Source: the human T2T-CHM13v2.0 reference genome, Homo sapiens. From it: a stretch of 64,000 bases of DNA. Positions 1 to 16,827 of the stretch are shown here, one piece after another. Below the pieces are notes generated by a model. It was not told where the DNA came from. It ran no database searches and was given only the letters and a program-made list of their open reading frames with translations. The stretch lies in the NCBI RefSeq assembly GCF_009914755.1, contig NC_060931.1. One strand, written 5' to 3'. How positions within the stretch are numbered: position 1 is the stretch's first letter; every line of letters starts with the position of its first letter. The translations under genes were made by a program, and so were the position numbers.

Positions 1-544
1 GTAAGGATGAACGTTCTCTATATGTCATAGGGTCCACCTCTGAGTGGAAGAGTTACATAAATGTTTTGAGGAATGGCAGCCTCAGAGCCCACCTCAAGAA
101 ACGGGTTTAAAGGGAACAGCCTTCACTGGGATGTCTCACTGACAGTGTATTTCTGAAGCAGTCAGATCCCTGCGTTGTGATATCCAGTACATGACTCTTC
201 TCTGTACACACTCTGCAGGATCTGGAAAGCTTATGAGTGGAGGAGGCAACAAAACTAGAGGAACCTCAAGACAATTCCCAGATCATAGAAACCAAGCCAT
301 CCCTTCCTCCCTTTTATAAGAGAAGTTTCTCCTAGTTAAACAAGATTATACAAAATGAACACATATTTCATTTATAAAGCCCATTTGGCCATCCCAATAT
401 AGATGATAGCGATAATGGTGTAATTCAAGACTACCAGGAGAGAACACCTGTCCCACCTCACTCCACCCCATATATACATATACACACTTATACAGGTGTA
501 CCTCTCTTTGTCTCAGTAATGACTGCAATTCTTCTAACTACGGG

Positions 545-960
545 CAATATGGTATGGAGGGTATGAACGAGTGCTCTCATGCCAGATGACTGAGTTTCAA
601 TTCTGGCTTCACCGCTTACTAGCTGTGTGGCCTTGGGCAAGGTGTAACCTCTCTGTGCCTCAGTCTCCTCATCTGTAAAATGGGGATGGCATAGGACTTT
701 TGTCAGAAGTAAATAGATTACTGCTTGTAAAGTGCTTAATATATTGCCGGACACATAGTAAGTGCTGCATATGTATCAACCACATTCGGGCCCTGGTTCT
801 GGCAGGTACTGGTCTTGTGTCCTCGGGGAGTCATTTCATCTCTCTGGACCTCAACCTGGTCACATGTAAAATGGTGATAATAACCCTGCACTGCTTACTT
901 CTCAGGATCGTCGTGAAGGCCTCATAAAATAATATGTGGACAGTGCCTTGAAAAGCAGCA
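545..960. mobile_element. MIR fragments
   Basis: MIR core 'ctgtgtggccttgggcaag...ctctgtgcctcagtctcctcatctgtaaaatgggga', and a second copy near 820-960. Confidence 0.7.
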
Positions 961-1595
961 ACCCCATGTAAATGTCTGTCTTGTTACTTATCCTAGGTCT
1001 ATGTAGATTGTTTGGGAGCACAGTGGTTCTCACACTTGTCAAGAAATCAGACTATTTTCTCCTTTGTGGAGCAAACTGCTTCTACTTCAAGTCTTGGCTT
1101 AGAGGTCACTCCTGTAGGAAAACTTCCCTGATCCCCCTCACTCCGAATAATTGTGTTAGGTGCCCCTTCGACACCCTCCCCAGCACACCATACCCGGTGC
1201 CCGGTGTTCCTATTCCTTATCATTGCAGTTATGTATGTATTGTCAGCATTTGCTTACTTGTCTGATTTTGAGATCCTTGAAGACAAGAATAACTGTGTCT
1301 GGGGTCACCTCTATGTCCTTAGCACTTATTTCAATGTCTAGCACATAGCACGTGCTCAAGAAATATTTGCTTAATAAAGTCCAGATTCAAAGAGCCCACT
1401 CCCACTGGATATATTCACTCCAACGATATTTCAGAAGCTTCTCATTCTTACTATCTTCAAACTGGAACTGGTTCTAACCGGTTATCTAACTTATCTAACT
1501 TATTACTTATTTAACTCAGCTGATTTAGCTTTCTAATTTATTTCTTATTGCTCTCGTTGCTCCCACTCACTTTGTTCTATGCTGTTCTCCCAATA

Positions 1596-2453
1596 TACCA
1601 GGCACGCGTCTGCCTCAGAGCCACCGGGCACGCGTCCGCCTCAGAAACACCGGGCACGCGCCCGCCTCAGAAACACCGGGCACGCGTCCGCCTCTGAAAC
1701 ACTGGGCCCGCGGCTGCCTCAGAAACACCGGGCACGCGCCCGCCTTAGAGCCACCGGGCATGCGCCCGCCTCAGAAACACCGGGCACGCGTCCGCCTCTG
1801 AAACACTGGGCCCGCGGCTGCCTCAGAAACACCGGGCACGTGCCCGCCTTAGAGCCACCGGGCATGCGTCCGCCTCTGAAACACCGGGCACGCGTCCGCC
1901 TCTGAAACACCGGGCCCGCGGCTGCCTCAGAAACACCGGGCACGCGCCCGCCTCAGAAACACCGGGCACGCGTCCGCCTCTGAAACACCGGGCCCGCGGC
2001 TGCCTCAGAAACACCGGGCACGCGCCCGCCTTAGAGCCACCGGGCATGCGCCCGCCTCAGAAACACCGGGCACGCGTCCGCCTCTGAAACACTGGGCCCG
2101 CGGCTGCCTCAGAAACACCGGGCACGCGCCCGCCTTAGAGCCACCGGGCATGCGTCCGCCTCTGAAACACCGGGCACGCGTCCGCCTCTGAAACACCGGG
2201 CCCGCGGCTGCCTCAGAAACACCGGGCACGCGCCCGCCTTAGAGCCACCGGGCACGCGCCCGCCTCAGAAACACCGGGCATGCGTCCGCCTCTGAAACAC
2301 CGGGCCCGCGGCTGCCTCAGAAACACCGGGCACGCGCCCGCCTTAGAGCCACCGGGCATGCGCCCGCCTCAGAAACACCGGGCACGCGTCTACCTTAGAA
2401 CCACCAGGCACGCGGCTGCCTCAGCACCACCAGCCATGCTTCTACCTCAGAAC
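1596..2453. repeat. CpG-rich minisatellite (VNTR), 33 x 26 bp, consensus CACCGGGCACGCGYCCGCCTCAGAAA
   Basis: 858 bp = exactly 33 units with no indels; degenerate units at both ends grade into L2 sequence. Confidence 0.95.
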
Positions 2454-2647
2454 CTTTGCATTTGCTGTTCCCTCTTCCTGGAACACTATTCTATGTCCAC
2501 ATGGCTTTCTTCCTCATTTCCTTCAGGGATTTGCTCAAATATTCTGTTTTTAGTGAGGCTTCCCCTGAATATCTTTTAAAAAATAAAAATCACTCTCCCT
2601 CAGGCCTTCCTGATCCTCTCTTCCAATCTTATTTTTCTTCATTGAAA

Positions 2648-2940
2648 TTTTTTTTTTTGAGACAGAGTTTCTCTCTGTCGCCAAGGCTGGAGAGCAGTGG
2701 CACAATCACAGCTCACTGCAGACTCAACCTTCTGGGCTCAAGTGATCCTTCTCTCAACCTCCCAAGTAGCTGGGTCCACAGACACGTGCCATCATGCCCG
2801 GTTATCTTTTATTTTTATTTTTTTGAATAGACGATGTATCACCATGTTGCCCAGGCTTCTCACAAACTCCCCCCGAGTGATCCGCCCGCCTTGGCCTTCC
2901 AAAATGCTGGGGTTACATGTGTGAGCCACCGTGCCCGGCT
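2648..2940 (-). mobile_element. AluJ-type
   Basis: Poly-T followed by a diverged antisense Alu dimer. Confidence 0.9.
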
Positions 2941-3074
2941 CCTCCGTCCCTTACCCTTTCACATGCTGTGTAGTTGTTTACCTGTTATCTGTCTCCACTC
3001 ACTAACTTACAAGCTCCATAAGAGCAGGGATTTTTGTCAGTTTTGTTGGCTGCTTTAGAATAGTGCCTGGCACA

Positions 3075-3483
<409 letters not shown>

Positions 3484-3854
3484 TCATCTACATCTAGCTG
3501 GGCATTCCTGACCACCCGTCCTTCTATTCTCATCCAAGCAGAGTTCTTCACTTTCTCCTCTTTATTACTCCTGTTCCTTACACGTTTTTATAGTTAGACT
3601 CATCACACTGAATTCTAATTTATTTATAAATATGTTTGCTTTCCTCCCCTTGCTGTAGGCTCCTTGGGGTAGTAACTGCATTTAAACTATTTCTAAATCC
3701 TCAGTATCCTGAACAGCGTCTGGAACTTTGCGGGCACCAGTGAAATGTCAGTTGGAACGTATTGCCCATACCTAAAAGAGCAGGTGCAGATACAGTGTGG
3801 GAGGTAGGGGTGACTGATTTCGTTTGTTGTTCTGCTGTGTGCAGTTAATGTCCC

Positions 3855-4227
3855 TGATATAGTTTGGATACTTGTCCCCACCCAAATCTCATGTCAAAAT
3901 ATAATCCCCAGTGTTGGAGGTGGCCGCTGGTGGGAGGGTGATTAGATCATGAGGACGGATTTCTCATGAATGCTCTAACACCGTCCCCTTGGTGCTGTTC
4001 TTGCAATAGTGACTGAGTTTTCGTGAGATCTGGTTGTTTAAAAGTGTGTGGCACCTCCTCACCTCTCTCTTGCTCCTGCTCCCTCTTCATCTTCTGTCAT
4101 GATTGTGAGATGCTGGCGCTATGCTTCCTGTAGAGCCTGCGGAACTGTAAGCCAATTAAACCTCTTTTCTTAGAAATTATCCAGCCTCAGATATTTCTTT
4201 ATAGCAATGCAAGCATGGCATAATGCA
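3855..4227 (+). mobile_element. MaLR solo LTR (MST-like)
   Basis: TGATATAGTTTGG start, 'ccaattaaacctcttttc', ...TAATGCA end. Confidence 0.85.
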
Positions 4228-4582
4228 ATTCCCATCCCTTTCCCTCAGATTACTGAATCCTAGGATCAGAGAATCTCTGCTTGGTATGTGGAAGTCCTCA
4301 GGAAGAATGAGAAACTGTTGATCCATCTCCCCCACCTTCAGCTCCCTCTACATGGAACAAGCTTCTAGCATCCCACCTGTGAGAGCAAAGAGCCAAGGTG
4401 GCAGCTCCTTGCCCTCCAATTTGCCTCTTCCTCCTCTGCTCACATTACCCCAGCTCCATCCAAGGCTGCTGATAGGACTGGTTGGTCCCCTGCCTGCTTC
4501 CCTTCTTTCTTTCTTAATGTAAAATCCTCAGTGCTCTGCCCTAAGCCCTTTTCCTTTCTCATATGATCTTCCTTTGATGGTC

Positions 4583-4886
<304 letters not shown>

Positions 4887-5165
4887 CTTTGATGGTCTTA
4901 TCTATTCCTGTTCTACCTGTGACAATGCCATAAAACCTAGGATCTTAGGACTATTGAGTATGAAGCACCCTCTTGACAACCTAAACTTTGGTTTAGGTTA
5001 TCAACCTATCTCAACCCTATCATTAGCAAATGACCTTCACCATTTCCACCCTATCAGTTTACTGCATGTATTATTTATTTACTATTTTAAAAAATCAGTA
5101 TGCTTTCCCACTTCACTTAGCCAAAGAAATAGTGTCAGCAAAATGAAGAGTTTGTTGGACAATCA

Positions 5166-5456
<291 letters not shown>

Positions 5457-5798
5457 TGGGGAATCTTTTTTTCTAAAACACATCAACATAAATATGAGTG
5501 GTAAAAAATTTTTTGAAGTTTCCATGTGGACCACCTAAAATCATATTGCAGACCACACTGTGGGAGACTTGGGTTCAGCACTGCATCTTCACCTTGTAGA
5601 GGGGTAAACTGAGAACCAAAGAGGCTAAATGATGCAACTGAAGCCACATTTCCAGTTAGCAGTAGAGCTTTGAGTATGACTTGTACGCCACCTTACCTTG
5701 AGTCCTGTGATCTCTCCAGAGCCCAGGACTAGTTTTCCTAATTTCTGTGCTTGCTGTCACTTTTCCATAAATACTGTACTAGTATATCAGATTCAGTC

Positions 5799-6186
5799 TG
5801 ATATGGTTTGTCTCTGTGCCCCTAGCCAAATCCCATTACAAATTGTAATCCCCATGTGTCAAGGAAGGGACCTGTAATCCCCACTGTCGAGGGAAGGAAA
5901 TGATTGGATTATGAGGGCGGTTTCCCCCATGCTGTTCTCATAATAGTGAGTGAATTTCACAAGATCAGATGGTTTTATAAATGGCAATTTTTCCTGTGCT
6001 CTCACAAGCTCACTTTTCTCTTGCCTGCTGTCACATAAGATGTGCCTGCTTCCCCTTCTGCCATGACTCTAAGTTTCCTGAGGCTTCACCAGCCATGCAG
6101 AACTGTGAGTCAATTAAACCTCTTTTATTTATAAATTAGCCAGTCTTGGGCAGTTCTTTATAGCAGTGTGAAAATGGACTAATACA
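5799..6186 (+). mobile_element. THE1 solo LTR (MaLR)
   Basis: TGATATGGTTTG ... GGACTAATACA; near-identical 5-bp TSD CAGTC/TAGTC. Confidence 0.9.
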
Positions 6187-7350
6187 TAGTCCTTACGGAA
6201 TTCATCTTTCCTCTCTCAAAATCTGTTCCTCTTCTTGACGTCCATCTTCCCATTATACCTATTATCTACCCAGACTCCAAGCATCCCTGATTCTCTCACT
6301 CCCATATGCAAGTTGCTGCCGAGACTGTCTGTCTCATCCCTCATTATCTGAGCTGTCAGTGGCAAGGCAGCCTTGCTGAACCCAAATGACAGCCATGTCT
6401 CTCACCTCCAGGCTCCCTTAGTACTTTGCATGTTTTAATTTTGTGGTATTTATGACATGCTATCTCTCACATCTGTTCTTTCACATGTCTTATCTGTAAA
6501 CATTTTTTGTGAGAGGCGCTTAATTACCTTTGAACCTCCACAGTTTCTCATACCTATCTGCCATGCTCTGTATATGAATGCTTGAATGAATGACTGACTG
6601 AATGAATAAATAAATAAATATATGCATGGATGAATGAGTTATGCACAATTAAAGCAGGGTAAAAGCAGCACAGGGAGTTATAATTTTAAAATAATCATTT
6701 TGTTAACATTTCCATTGCAACTTTTTTTAAAAAGCTTAAATGTAAGTTTTCTTGATGTTTTATGACCAAAAGTCAGTATTAATATAGAGTCAGTTGAATG
6801 TGGCTCCCTGGTATGAAATGTAAGTCATTCCTAATTCAGATATAACCATAAAAATTCAGCTTCACTTATTATTGTCCACAGATTACTTACAATGGAGGTA
6901 CAATCTGTTGGTCAAATAATGAACCGTTTGAAGGATTAGCAGGAGGGTAATTAATAAATATGTGAATTATTCCTTCAAGCTATGGACACTGCCAGCAATC
7001 AGCTTTTAACTCTAGCATGTATATTCTTATAATGGTATAAGTCTATAATATTGTCATTATGACACATCATTTACAAACTAGTAAGTTGTGAAGCTCTAGG
7101 ATTATGTTTTTGAATGCTTTTGTCTTATACTGACCTGGAATCCCAGTTCCTTGCCTTTTACCCAGTTTAATTCATTATACTATTAAAAATTAAGTTTGTC
7201 ATCTCCATTGTGTTCTCTTTCCTAGCCCTGGGGAATAACATAGGTATCTTCATTTAACAGTCATCACAGGTGACTCTGATGTAGGTGGTCCACAGGCCAC
7301 ACTTTGGGTAAACCCTACATAAGACTCTAGGCATTTCAAGAATGAATGCC

Positions 7351-7637
<287 letters not shown>

Positions 7638-7747
7638 AAGAATGAATGCCATGCTTCACTCATTTGTATCTCCAACATATGCAAGGTGCCTAGACATAAA
7701 TAGACATTCAATACATGAATAAATGTCTATTGAATGATGACTTCAGC

Positions 7748-7752
<5 letters not shown>

Positions 7753-7791
<39 letters not shown>
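7753..7791. repeat. (TG)19 microsatellite
   Basis: Direct count. Confidence 0.95.
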
Positions 7792-7793
<2 letters not shown>

Positions 7794-8792
7794 TGGGAAC
7801 ACCCATGTAAAAGCCAAATCTTTGTTTTGTTCTTAAAAGCAATTCCATAATAGCTGCTTTCTTGCTATGTACCTTAGTATGCAGTATCGAAGCTTCCTTA
7901 CTATTATTCCAGCATTCATACACTACACTTTACCTTTTAAGATAATGTTTACTTACTTTGTAAAACCCAGTTACCCACAGTTGAAAACACGGGGATCAGA
8001 GACCCAAAGAGGAAAGTACAAATCACCTCTAATTCCCCCTCAGAGGAATGCCCATTGTTAACATACGGGCACATGCAATGATTGAATTATACATAGTGGT
8101 ACTTTACCATTTTTAATTAACAGAATTATCTTTAATTTCTTTTTTTTGGAGAAGATATTTTAAAAATAGAGAATGGTTTCAGATGTCCTGTAGGTTCTGA
8201 AGAAGGATGATACATTTGAGGAGCAAAATACTTTTTCAGTTAGGTTCCTAATTACATCTTTTACTTTACTCATTAAGGTTCTTGTTCAAGCAGCAGAAAC
8301 TAACTCTCACTATATTAAGCAAAAAGAGGTTTTACAGGAAGACTATGTTGTGTGGTCTTGGGATTGAAGAGAAGCTGAGGAATAGGGCTTATAAGAAACA
8401 AGGATGTGGCAGCTGCAGAAGGTAGGAGGGACCGCTCAGTGAGCCTGCCCCAGCTTTTTGCCTTGCTTGTCCTGCTCTTCTTAAGGATGAAAGTACCAGG
8501 TGAGAGTGGGTTCGGTTTTGTTTTGCTGGAGGTAGGTTACATAAAATTAGCTGAACTTGGCTATAGACTGACCGTGGGTGGAGAGAGAAAGAGAGGGGTC
8601 AGGAATCATTTCCAGGTTTCTGGCTTACTTAAATTGGTAATGGTGCCATTTCTTAAGATTGGGAACAATGCCAGCTGACTAGGCTGGCTAAATCCAGGGA
8701 GGGGTTAGATGAATGGTTTGATTTGGGGCACAATGAATTTGAGGTGCCTTGAGACATCAAAAGATCTTTAGTAGGCAAGTGGATAGGTGGGT

Positions 8793-9204
8793 TGTGCTGC
8801 ACATTCTGTTTGCCTCTCCGGAACTACTCTCCACCCTCCTCCACCCTGCTCTGGGCCCTGGGAGGCTGACCTGCATCAACAAACTCCCTTTGCCTCTGGC
8901 TTCATACTGGGTTGGTTCAGTGGAGAACCCCAGCAGATCAGAGAAGGAAAGCGAATGCGGGAGATGTTTATCTATCTGGCTTCCTCCCTGCAGGGTTGCT
9001 GTGGGCTGGCTATATCTCTGAACCACAGGCCATAGCCCTTGTCAGGTGACTTCTCCACCTCTCTTTCTCTCCAGGTTCTGGATGTGCTCTTGCTTGTTCC
9101 AGAATACTGCATGACCTTTTATCATGTCCCTGTTTCCTGTCCACTCACTCTAGTTGTTTCAGTCTGAATGTATCGCCCATTTCTGCCAGGGTACTAATGA
9201 ATAC
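8793..9204. mobile_element. Old ERVL-class solo LTR (LTR16/LTR33-like) within L2 remnant
   Basis: 'tgtgctgcacattctgtttgcctctcc...ccaccctgctctgggccctgggaggctgacc' ... 'aataca'. Confidence 0.5.
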
Positions 9205-11175
9205 ATGGGTACAGAATTCAGAGGAGAAGCTCAGGCTGGCTGGGAAGGCATTTTGAGAATCATCTGTTTATAGATGTCATAGAAGCTGGTGTGGATAATA
9301 AATCCTTTGTGAGGGAACACAGCTGAGAAATGGAGAGTATTAAGGACCAAGGTCTAAGAAATTCTAACTTACCTCCCACTGAAACAGGGCAGTGAGAAGA
9401 ATGACCTGATGAAAGGGACCTCCAGAAACCCCCTTGAATTACCTGGAGAGAGGATAGGCATGTGTATTGACCATCCCACAATGACATCACACAGTGGGAG
9501 AGAGGCAATTCCCTACAAAGAAATTAGAATGATATTAAAAGGGGAGAATGGATGCTGAGTGGCTAGAGTCAACACACACACATACTCACACGTGCACACA
9601 TGTAGCATACACACCTACATAATTTTATTAAAATGGGATACACATATCTCTGGTTTGTTAGCAAGGTTAATTCCTCTATGAGTCACAGAAAATCCAAAAT
9701 AGTAGTGATTTAAATAAGAGAGCAGTTTTTCTGTCAGGTAAATGAAGTTTGGAGGCAGTTCTGGCTGCCATGACACTCCATGGTGGCAGAGATCGAGGCT
9801 CCTCTATCATATGCCATCCTCAACATATGAGTTCTACCTCATGGTTCAGGATGGCTACTTGTGCTCCAGGCATCTTGTCTGAATTCTGGCCAGCAGGACA
9901 CTCCCCAGATGTTGCACATAATACTTTAGCTTACATTCCACTGGTCAGAACTTAGACATATAACCATATCTCCTGGTGAGCTTCTGAGATATAGCTTTGT
10001 TTCAGATGGCTGTGTGCCCAGCTTAAAAGCATGAGTTCTAATATAAAGGAAATAGGAGAGAATGGAAGTTGGGACACTGCTAGTGGTCTTTCCCCAAACA
10101 CATTATTTTGTAATCTGTTTTCTTACTCATACAAACATTTTCTTTTTTTTCTCCCAACTAATTTTGATGACTCCTTGCTGGTCATAGTCAATCTGTAATA
10201 TTCTTCCATGTGCACTATCTCTCCTAACCCAAAGCACCTAAGAAAAATATCAGATGATATCAAAGATCCCATACATGGCTAACACAGTTCAGGAGGATTC
10301 TTTAAGCCAACTTAGCTAATCCACAAATTTTACAACATTAGAGCCAAAAGGACCCATAAAGAACATCTAGTCCAAGGAATGGAGCAGCAACAGATCAAGG
10401 CTAGTATTTCAGCAAAGTGCAGCCTAGCTACAAAAGCTTGCCTCTTGCAGCTAGTCCTGACTCTCTGTGATTTAGAAATACTAGAGTATGTTTGATTCAT
10501 AGGCACATTTTACATCCTGCTTTAGGCAGATATGAATGTGCACATGCTACCCCTGGCTACACATCAATTTCCAGACAGGAATAAACTACGTACTGCTTCT
10601 TTTTCTAGGAGGCGTATGATGCTGTGGTGAATGGGGCCATAAATTTCTGCAGGAGATGAACATTCCACAGTCAGGACTCATTACCATGTCATTGGACTGC
10701 CTTTTCCCTTAACAAATATGATCAGTTTTGTTTATGGTGTTGGTAGGAAAGGTAGCCATTGGCTCAGAGAATGTAGCTCATTAAGCCAGATTAAAGCAAC
10801 TAAAAAAAATTTTCTTAAGCAGTGTGGAATAGAAACAATCTCAAATTCCAGCCTAGGGTAGGTTGGGAAGGCAGTAGGATAGTAGGATTTTTCTCATTAT
10901 GATGGAATGATTTACTTTTTATGTAGGCATTTCACAGTTTAGGAGGTTAACAACTACTCTGAGGCAAATTGTTCTAGAGTTATCAAACTCTGTCCTATGT
11001 GCAAGGCAGAGTGTAGCATGGTGAAAGGGGCTTATAATAACAAGCACACAAGATTTTTGGAAAGAAATGAAACTATGAATGACAAATAGTATAATATTAT
11101 AAACTTTAAACTGTCTACCAATGTTATTTTCATCATCATCTTCTTTGTCTCATGGCTTCAGCATAGATGTTATTT

Positions 11176-11262
11176 AGAGTTTTATATGTATATATAAAGA
11201 GTTATATATATATATAAAGAGTTATATATATATATATATATATAAAGAGTTATATATACATA
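11176..11262. repeat. Compound (TA)n / AAAGAGT tandem repeat
   Basis: 'agagtt(at)n aa' repeated about four times with a variable TA run. Confidence 0.85.
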
Positions 11263-11774
11263 TTAGTCTGATATAATTATTAGGTCCCAGGGAGCCCTAG
11301 GTTATTAGTCCCCAAAGATCTATCTTAGCCAGATAGTCAAAGGGTTGTGTACAGCTCTTTCAGTGGGAGAATTAGTAAGTCATCATGTAATTCTAACATT
11401 TGTGTGGGCAGAAAGTTGTTTAACTTGAACCTGGTATCCACAATTAAAGATGCTACTCTGGAACACTTTTCAAAGAACCTAATAATTCTCCAAGATTACA
11501 AAATGGTAACAAGAGTTGGATACTGCAGGTGTTACTTTGGTTCCTGGTAAATCTAACCTCTGTGTCAGACCGTTCATTGGAGACAGTGGTTGAATAATTC
11601 ATGGTGCCAGATTTTCAATCTCCATGTAATAGCTTGCCACATGTTGGTCTGTTGGCTGATCCGTAAAAATACATAGTGCACAAAGTAGCAAGTAGAATTA
11701 TTTTCCCCTATATTATGTGGAAAGAGTCATCAATATTTTTTCATGAATAAGTATTTAAACTACTGAATAATAGC

Positions 11775-12585
<811 letters not shown>

Positions 12586-13069
12586 CAATGGTATTGGAGT
12601 TTTATATTTTGGAAATGATCATTTGGCAGATGGTCTTGGTTATAATAAATTATTTTGTTTTTACATAGCAGCTAATATCAGATTGTTAACAAAGTGAGAC
12701 CCTGTGAGTTTAGAAATTTGGTGATAATATCCTAGAAAATGCTTAGTATCAGGTCAGGCTTTATGACCTACTTGCAGGTACTGATCCTATAAAATCTACA
12801 TACTATTTTCATAGGTTCAATGTATTTCATCTAGTAGACTCTCTTTCAGTGAATTAAATAGTAAACTAATTTCTGCTTCTCCGAATTCTTTAAACTAATG
12901 AACAGAAAGTCAATTTTACAGGTGAGAATTGAGTTTATTGTTTATTTGGCAAAATTGGGCTGTTATACATACCTTCTAAAATGTAAGAGATGTGTGTATG
13001 ACTTTAATCTCTAGGAGTTTATATCAATTCATAGAAGATATGCTTTGCTAAAACCAATGAATATTATTT

Positions 13070-14650
<1,581 letters not shown>

Positions 14651-15043
14651 TTTATGATGAAATCAAAATAAATATAGAATTGTACTTTTAAGAACCTTTG
14701 TTGTGAGAATTTGAGTAGCAGAAATACTTAGAAAAGAGAAGATAAAATCAATTAACATGTTGAATGCTTCCTCTCAGATAACCTGAATGCAATAGATTAT
14801 TGCACAATAAAATATTTTTCAGTAGTGCCAAGTGTCCATGTTCTTGCTTCTCCTCATGTTCCCATCTGTGGTTCCAGAGCACAGTATTCACAAAAATTGT
14901 ATATGGTGGCCAAGGAATATTTTGTAGTATCAATTCATATTACTTAAAAAAACTTGTATATATGTAGGCCTGTTGTAACATGAGCAAAGTGCAATATGAA
15001 TTCTTCACATTGTCAACTAAATGGAAACAGAATGCTAGAACAT

Positions 15044-15510
15044 TGTACCAGTTTGGGTTTTCCAGAATGCACATGGCAAGACAGAGTCAGAACTGCAAGA
15101 GATTTCTTTGGGAAATGCTCATGAAAGATAAAGGGAGGAGGGAAGAGGAGTGGGCATGAGAAGCCTTCAGACCACAAGTGTCTGACACTTGTGAATGGAG
15201 AGAGGGAAGGAGGGGAATTGGGGTAGAGGACCCTCAGACTGCAACACATCTCTGAAAAAGTGTTGGCCAGCCCAGCAGGGAGCTCAGGCACAAAGACTGC
15301 CAGTAGAAGAGTCCTGTATTGAGCAGAAATGGCTCAGTTCTCTTACCTCTGCCTTGCAGCCTCCAATAGCTCCCTGGGAAGAGTTCAAGCCTCAGCTTGA
15401 ACACACAGGTAAATCCTAAGGTCTCTGTAGCTCAAGACTGTAGATAGCTGCACACTTCATGGCCATTTTTCTCTTTGAAGGGGGCTCTGAGGGGCCCACC
15501 TTCATGGCTT
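15044..15510. mobile_element. Old ERVL-class LTR (LTR16-like)
   Basis: 'tgtaccagtttgggttttccag...tgcaagagatttctttgggaaatgctcatgaaagataaagg'. Confidence 0.5.
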
Positions 15511-15631
15511 GTAAAAATTGTGAGTAATTTTACTTTTATAAATATATTTAATGAGGTTTCATAATATTTTCAAAAAACTAAATTAAAACATCAAGTTGAT
15601 TTACATAAGTTTGATTTAAAATTTGGGTAAT

Positions 15632-15960
15632 CATGCTACAACATAGATGAACCTTGAGAACATTATGCTAAATGAAATAAGCCAGTCACAAAAAGACAAA
15701 TACTGCGTGATTCCACTGATATGAGGCATCTAAAGCAGGCAGACTGTTAGAAATAGGAAGTAGAATGGTGGTTGCCAGGGGCTGGAAGGAGGGGGAAAAG
15801 GGTAGTTTTTGTTCAATGGATATAGAGTTTTGGTTTTGCAAGATGAAGAAGTTCCAGGGAGCTGTTGGACAAGATGCATACAGTTAACACTACTGTATAG
15901 TACACTTCAAAATGGTTAAGATGGTAAATTTCACATTATGTTTTTACCACAATAAACATT
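15632..15960 (+). mobile_element. L1MB-type 3' end
   Basis: 'catgctacaacatagatgaaccttgagaacattatgctaaatgaaataagccagtcacaaaaagacaaatactg...accacaataaa'. Confidence 0.85.
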
Positions 15961-16210
15961 TTTTGTAATCATTCATTATAATTAGTATTTTCCTTTGAAT
16001 TTTAATAAAATATTTTGAAACAAGAATAAAGAATAATTTTTACTCTGGCCCTAAGCCCCACAAATATTAAGGCCTGTGGAGCTTCTGTTTCTCACAGACC
16101 TGGACCACCCGCCCAAATTATAGCAACCTGACCCCAACAGCCTGCTTTTTATGTCCATCTTCTCTCAGAAATCTGATTTTAATAGGCTTGATTCAAAATT
16201 ACAACTTGTA

Positions 16211-16827
<617 letters not shown>

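Noticed and set aside
1579-2579. Repetitive ORFs across the minisatellite; also considered as a CRISPR-like array
   Set aside because: Products of a head-to-tail 26-bp tandem repeat with no unique spacers, in eukaryotic context.
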